DNA of 64,000 nt from an uncultured Nitrososphaerota archaeon (lineage in GTDB: Archaea; Thermoproteota; Nitrososphaeria; Nitrososphaerales; Gagatemarchaeaceae): the NCBI GenBank assembly GCA_963703285.1, contig OY969807.1, forward strand, positions 2,144,001-2,208,000, given 5' to 3'. The notes beneath the pieces were generated by a model. The model worked only from the letters and a program-made list of their open reading frames with translations. It was not told the DNA's origin and did not search any database. The position numbers and the translations under genes are program-made. Below are positions 60,839-64,000 of the stretch, piece by piece. The number at the start of each line of letters is the position of its first letter. Position 1 is the stretch's first letter.

Positions 60839-62296
60839 ATGCCAGTTCCTCCGCAGACGAAGCAGATTTCAGAGGTAGTATGGGAGATTCCCCCAACCTA
60901 CAAGGAGGGAATGAACGTCCCGGCGCGGATCTATGCTACGAAGAAGCTACTCGGGGGTATGGACCAGGGCGTCATAGAGCAGGTCACGAACGTCGCATCC
61001 CTTCCGGGTATTCAGCGCTACTCCTACGCGATGGCCGACGCGCACTGGGGGTATGGGTTCCCGATAGGAGGAGTCGCCGCCTTCGACCCAGAAGTTGGAA
61101 TTATTTCGCCTGGAGGGATTGGTTTCGATATAAATTGCGGTATGCGCCTGATCCGCACGAACCTGAGGTTCAAGGAGGTCCAGCCCAAGGTCAGGGAGCT
61201 CGTCGACCTCCTCTTCCAGCTCGTCCCGACCGGGGTGGGCGTCAAGGGGTTCGTGAAGGTGAACCAGAACTCCTTCGAGGAGGTCATGAGGTGGGGCGTC
61301 AAGTGGTGCGGCGAGAACGGATACGGGTGGGAAGAGGACGCGCGGATGGTCGAGGAGGGAGGGTTCCTCAAGGGCGCCGACCCTTCCACGGTCAGCAGGC
61401 AGGCCTCGAGCCGCGGCATCTCCCAGCTCGGGACGCTGGGGTCGGGGAACCACTACCTGGAGATACAGGTCGTCGACCCGGGCCGTTTCTTTGACGCCAA
61501 GATGGCCAAGAACTTCGGCCTGGTGTATGAGGACCAGGTTGTCGTCATGATTCACTGCGGGTCGAGGGGGTTCGGCCACCAGATCGGCTCGGACTACCTT
61601 AGGGTCTTCGACGGCGCGATGAAGCGCTATGGCATCACCGTGAGGGACAGGGAGCTCGCGTGCGCCCCGTTCGCTTCCAAGGAGGGCCGTGACTACTACG
61701 GCGCGATGGCCTGCGCGGCAAACATGGCCTTCGCCAACCGCCAGGTGATAGTGCACCGGGTTAGGGAGGCGTTCCAGAAGGTCTTCCGCCGCGACCCGGA
61801 GGCGCTTGACATGCACATAATCTACGACGTCTGCCACAACATCGCCAAGGTGGAGAGGCACGCCCTCGACGGCGCGACCAGGGAGCTCGTCGTCCACAGG
61901 AAGGGGGCGACCAGGTCGTTCGGTCCGGGGCACCCAGACATCCCCGCGCACTACCGTCAGATCGGCCAGCCGGTAATCATCGGCGGCTCGATGGAGACGG
62001 GGTCGTACCTGCTCCTCGGGACGGCCAAGGCCATGACGGACACCTTCGGGTCGACCGCCCACGGCTCGGGGAGGACCATGTCCAGGACGGCCGCCAGGAG
62101 GGAGGTGAGCGGCGAGGCCCTGCAGAAGTCGATGGAGAAGAAGGGCATCTACGTGAAGGCGGCCACCTACGATGGGCTCGCCGAGGAGGCCGGGATGGCC
62201 TACAAGGACATCTCGGAGGTCGTGGAGACGATGCACACGGCCGGGATATCGCTCAAGGTCGCCGCCCTGCGACCCATAGGGAACATCAAGGGTTAG
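60839..62296 (+). CDS. rtcB: RNA-splicing ligase RtcB
   Basis: DAHWGYGFPIG, DINCG, GSGNHYLE, HCGSRG, HN, HRKGAT, HGSGR. Confidence 0.96.
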   Translation: MPVPPQTKQISEVVWEIPPTYKEGMNVPARIYATKKLLGGMDQGVIEQVTNVASLPGIQRYSYAMADAHWGYGFPIGGVAAFDPEVGIISPGGIGFDINCGMRLIRTNLRFKEVQPKVRELVDLLFQLVPTGVGVKGFVKVNQNSFEEVMRWGVKWCGENGYGWEEDARMVEEGGFLKGADPSTVSRQASSRGISQLGTLGSGNHYLEIQVVDPGRFFDAKMAKNFGLVYEDQVVVMIHCGSRGFGHQIGSDYLRVFDGAMKRYGITVRDRELACAPFASKEGRDYYGAMACAANMAFANRQVIVHRVREAFQKVFRRDPEALDMHIIYDVCHNIAKVERHALDGATRELVVHRKGATRSFGPGHPDIPAHYRQIGQPVIIGGSMETGSYLLLGTAKAMTDTFGSTAHGSGRTMSRTAARREVSGEALQKSMEKKGIYVKAATYDGLAEEAGMAYKDISEVVETMHTAGISLKVAALRPIGNIKG

Positions 62297-63066
62297 CCGA
62301 TGTAACCGGGCTGACCTGAGCGGTTGGCCCCGCGCGGGTCGACGCCTTGGTCCGACATGCTCTGGATCTGGCTCATAACCTGCTTCGCCTCAATCGCCCT
62401 GTCCCTGAGGGTCCTGAGGTCGATGCTGAGCTTCAGGACCCTGGAGAGGGACTCGAGCACGATCTGGGAGGCGACGGGGTCGACGAGGTACCCCGAGGTC
62501 TCCCCCAGGAGGCACGCCCCGTCCATCCCCAGCAACCCGGCCATAGCTATCACTATCCCGTTCATCCCGCTTATCCCTCCCTCCTTCATCGGCCTGACTC
62601 CGCTCTCCGTTAGCTCGGCGAGAAGCTCCTGCGAGGTCGCCGCGCCGAAGACGCGCTGCTCCGTCGTGAACCCCCCTGTGATGTAGGCTGCGAGGGAGAA
62701 GACCACCGTCGCCCCGAGCTTCTTCGCGGCCTGGAGGACCGCCTGCGAAAGCTCGTACTCGCCCTCGGATGTCGTGGGCTGGGCGTCGGCGGTGAAGACG
62801 AGCAAGTCGTTCCTCTGGCCGGTCTCGCAGTGGTAGAGCTCACCCCTGATCGCCCTCGCTACCCCCTGCTCGTTGACGTTCGCGTGGGGCGGGAAGCTGC
62901 CGGAGTAGAACTCCTCGAAGAGCACCCCCTTGAAGGACTCGATGAGGTGATCCGCCGCGAGCTTGCCGACGTAACCGCTGCCCGGCAGGCCGCAGACCAG
63001 GACCGGGCTCCTCACCTTCGGCTCGAGGAGGACCCGGGAGACTATCTCCTCCAGTCTGTCACCCAA
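62293..63066 (-). CDS. PAC2-family proteasome assembly chaperone
   Basis: GLPGSGYVGKLAADHL, ISGMNG, CLLGET, C-terminal YIG. Confidence 0.85.
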   Translation of the reverse strand: MGDRLEEIVSRVLLEPKVRSPVLVCGLPGSGYVGKLAADHLIESFKGVLFEEFYSGSFPPHANVNEQGVARAIRGELYHCETGQRNDLLVFTADAQPTTSEGEYELSQAVLQAAKKLGATVVFSLAAYITGGFTTEQRVFGAATSQELLAELTESGVRPMKEGGISGMNGIVIAMAGLLGMDGACLLGETSGYLVDPVASQIVLESLSRVLKLSIDLRTLRDRAIEAKQVMSQIQSMSDQGVDPRGANRSGQPGYIG

Positions 63067-63448
63067 CTTGCTCTTCTTCCTTGTTGAACTTGAACTTGTC
63101 CTTCAGGTCGACGAACTTGCCCCTCTCCTCAACCTTGATCGAGGTCTTGAGGCTGAACCTAAGCCCCAGGGACCTGAAGACCTCCATCAGCTCACCGCCG
63201 CTTATCTTTCCCCCGTCCTTGTGCTCCTTGAGGTACTTGGCCAGGTAGTCCACCACGACCGGCGCCTCCTTGGGGTAGTAGGAATACGCGGCTTCGAGCA
63301 CCTCGTCGCCGCGGTCGTAGAGGTTCTCTAGCACAACCTCCCTGCTCGACTTCTCCTGGGGCTTCGGCGCGGTGGCCCGCTCCACGCGTCTCTTGAGTTG
63401 GGCCATCTTCCTCGCGTTGATCATCCGAAGCTCTGCGTCATCTTCCAA
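63059..63448 (-). CDS. PDCD5-like dsDNA-binding protein
   Basis: DAELRMINARKMAQL N-terminus; KISGGEL. Confidence 0.55.
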   Translation of the reverse strand: MEDDAELRMINARKMAQLKRRVERATAPKPQEKSSREVVLENLYDRGDEVLEAAYSYYPKEAPVVVDYLAKYLKEHKDGGKISGGELMEVFRSLGLRFSLKTSIKVEERGKFVDLKDKFKFNKEEEQVG

Positions 63449-63551
63449 GGTAGTTTGACAGCCCCCGGTCTCCAGTTAAATCCCTTTCTGGCGGCGCGGT
63501 CTATCGGGTGTCTCCCCTGGTGCTTATAGGGCCCACCGAGTTCGGACGACG

Positions 63552-63791
63552 ATGATACGCGGATACTGCTGGAAGTGCAAGACCGCCGTCGGAGGCTTCC
63601 GAAGACCCGTTCCGTGGCAGTGCCACAAGTGCAGGAGCCTCTTCTGCGAGAGATGCTGCAGGAAGAAGGTGGGTTGGATCTTCAAGAAGCCCGTGTGTCC
63701 GGAGTGCGGGATAGAGCTGGCGGAGGGGGGCTCGAGGTTCGGGGGCGGATACCCGACGTCCGGCGGATCTTCGAGTTGGGCCCCGTGGTGA
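63552..63791 (+). CDS. small Cys-rich zinc-finger protein
   Basis: Four CxxC pairs. Confidence 0.65.
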   Translation: MIRGYCWKCKTAVGGFRRPVPWQCHKCRSLFCERCCRKKVGWIFKKPVCPECGIELAEGGSRFGGGYPTSGGSSSWAPW

Positions 63792-63797
63792 CGTGGT

Positions 63798-64000
63798 TCA
63801 GCCGTCATCCGAGAGCGCGTCCAGGTTGTAGTAGACGAAGGCCTTGGCGTCGATCTTGTTCCCGCACTTGGAGCACTCGAAGTACTCGATCCCTGTCTTG
63901 CTCTTCCGAACGAAATGAGCCCTCCTGCGGTTGCACCTGATGCAGTTGCCCTGGACGGTCTCTTCGTCCTCCGACCTCCTGCTCAGTTCTCGCGCTTGTC
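63798..64000 (-). CDS. small zinc-ribbon protein (start uncertain, open to window edge)
   Basis: Manual translation: ..GNCIRC...FECSKCGNK..DDG*. Confidence 0.55.
   Translation of the reverse strand, partial: QARELSRRSEDEETVQGNCIRCNRRRAHFVRKSKTGIEYFECSKCGNKIDAKAFVYYNLDALSDDG

Overview
High-GC archaeal chromosome segment. Gene content (gins-mcm-hel308, LysW-dependent Arg/Lys cluster, archease-rtcB, tandem-Lrp and RHH regulators) suggests a Nitrososphaerota/TACK archaeon; this is inference. The left third is a tRNA-Arg(TCG) gene with two 16-nt introns, followed by a tandem integration hotspot: a ~3 kb integrase-less ABC importer cassette and a ~17 kb tyrosine-integrase element, each ending in a copy of the tRNA 3' end. 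The larger element carries orphan genes, a repeat-rich non-coding stretch, an IS630, regulators and two copies of a regulator/operator/secreted-protein/membrane-protein module. The rest is mostly housekeeping: ino1, an SPFH/zinc-ribbon operon, hel308, an intein-bearing mcm, rfcS, hisS, carAB, argGH-lysW-argX-lysYZJ-lysM-lysX-lysK, ilvA, archease and rtcB. The strongest signal is a 21-nt, stop-containing insertion in the conserved GEFDYSG motif of carB. It folds into a bulge-helix-bulge-like structure whose predicted cut sites restore the protein exactly, making it a candidate tRNA-type intron in an archaeal mRNA. Seven single-base frameshifts in six genes look like assembly errors. All calls were made by eye, without database searches.
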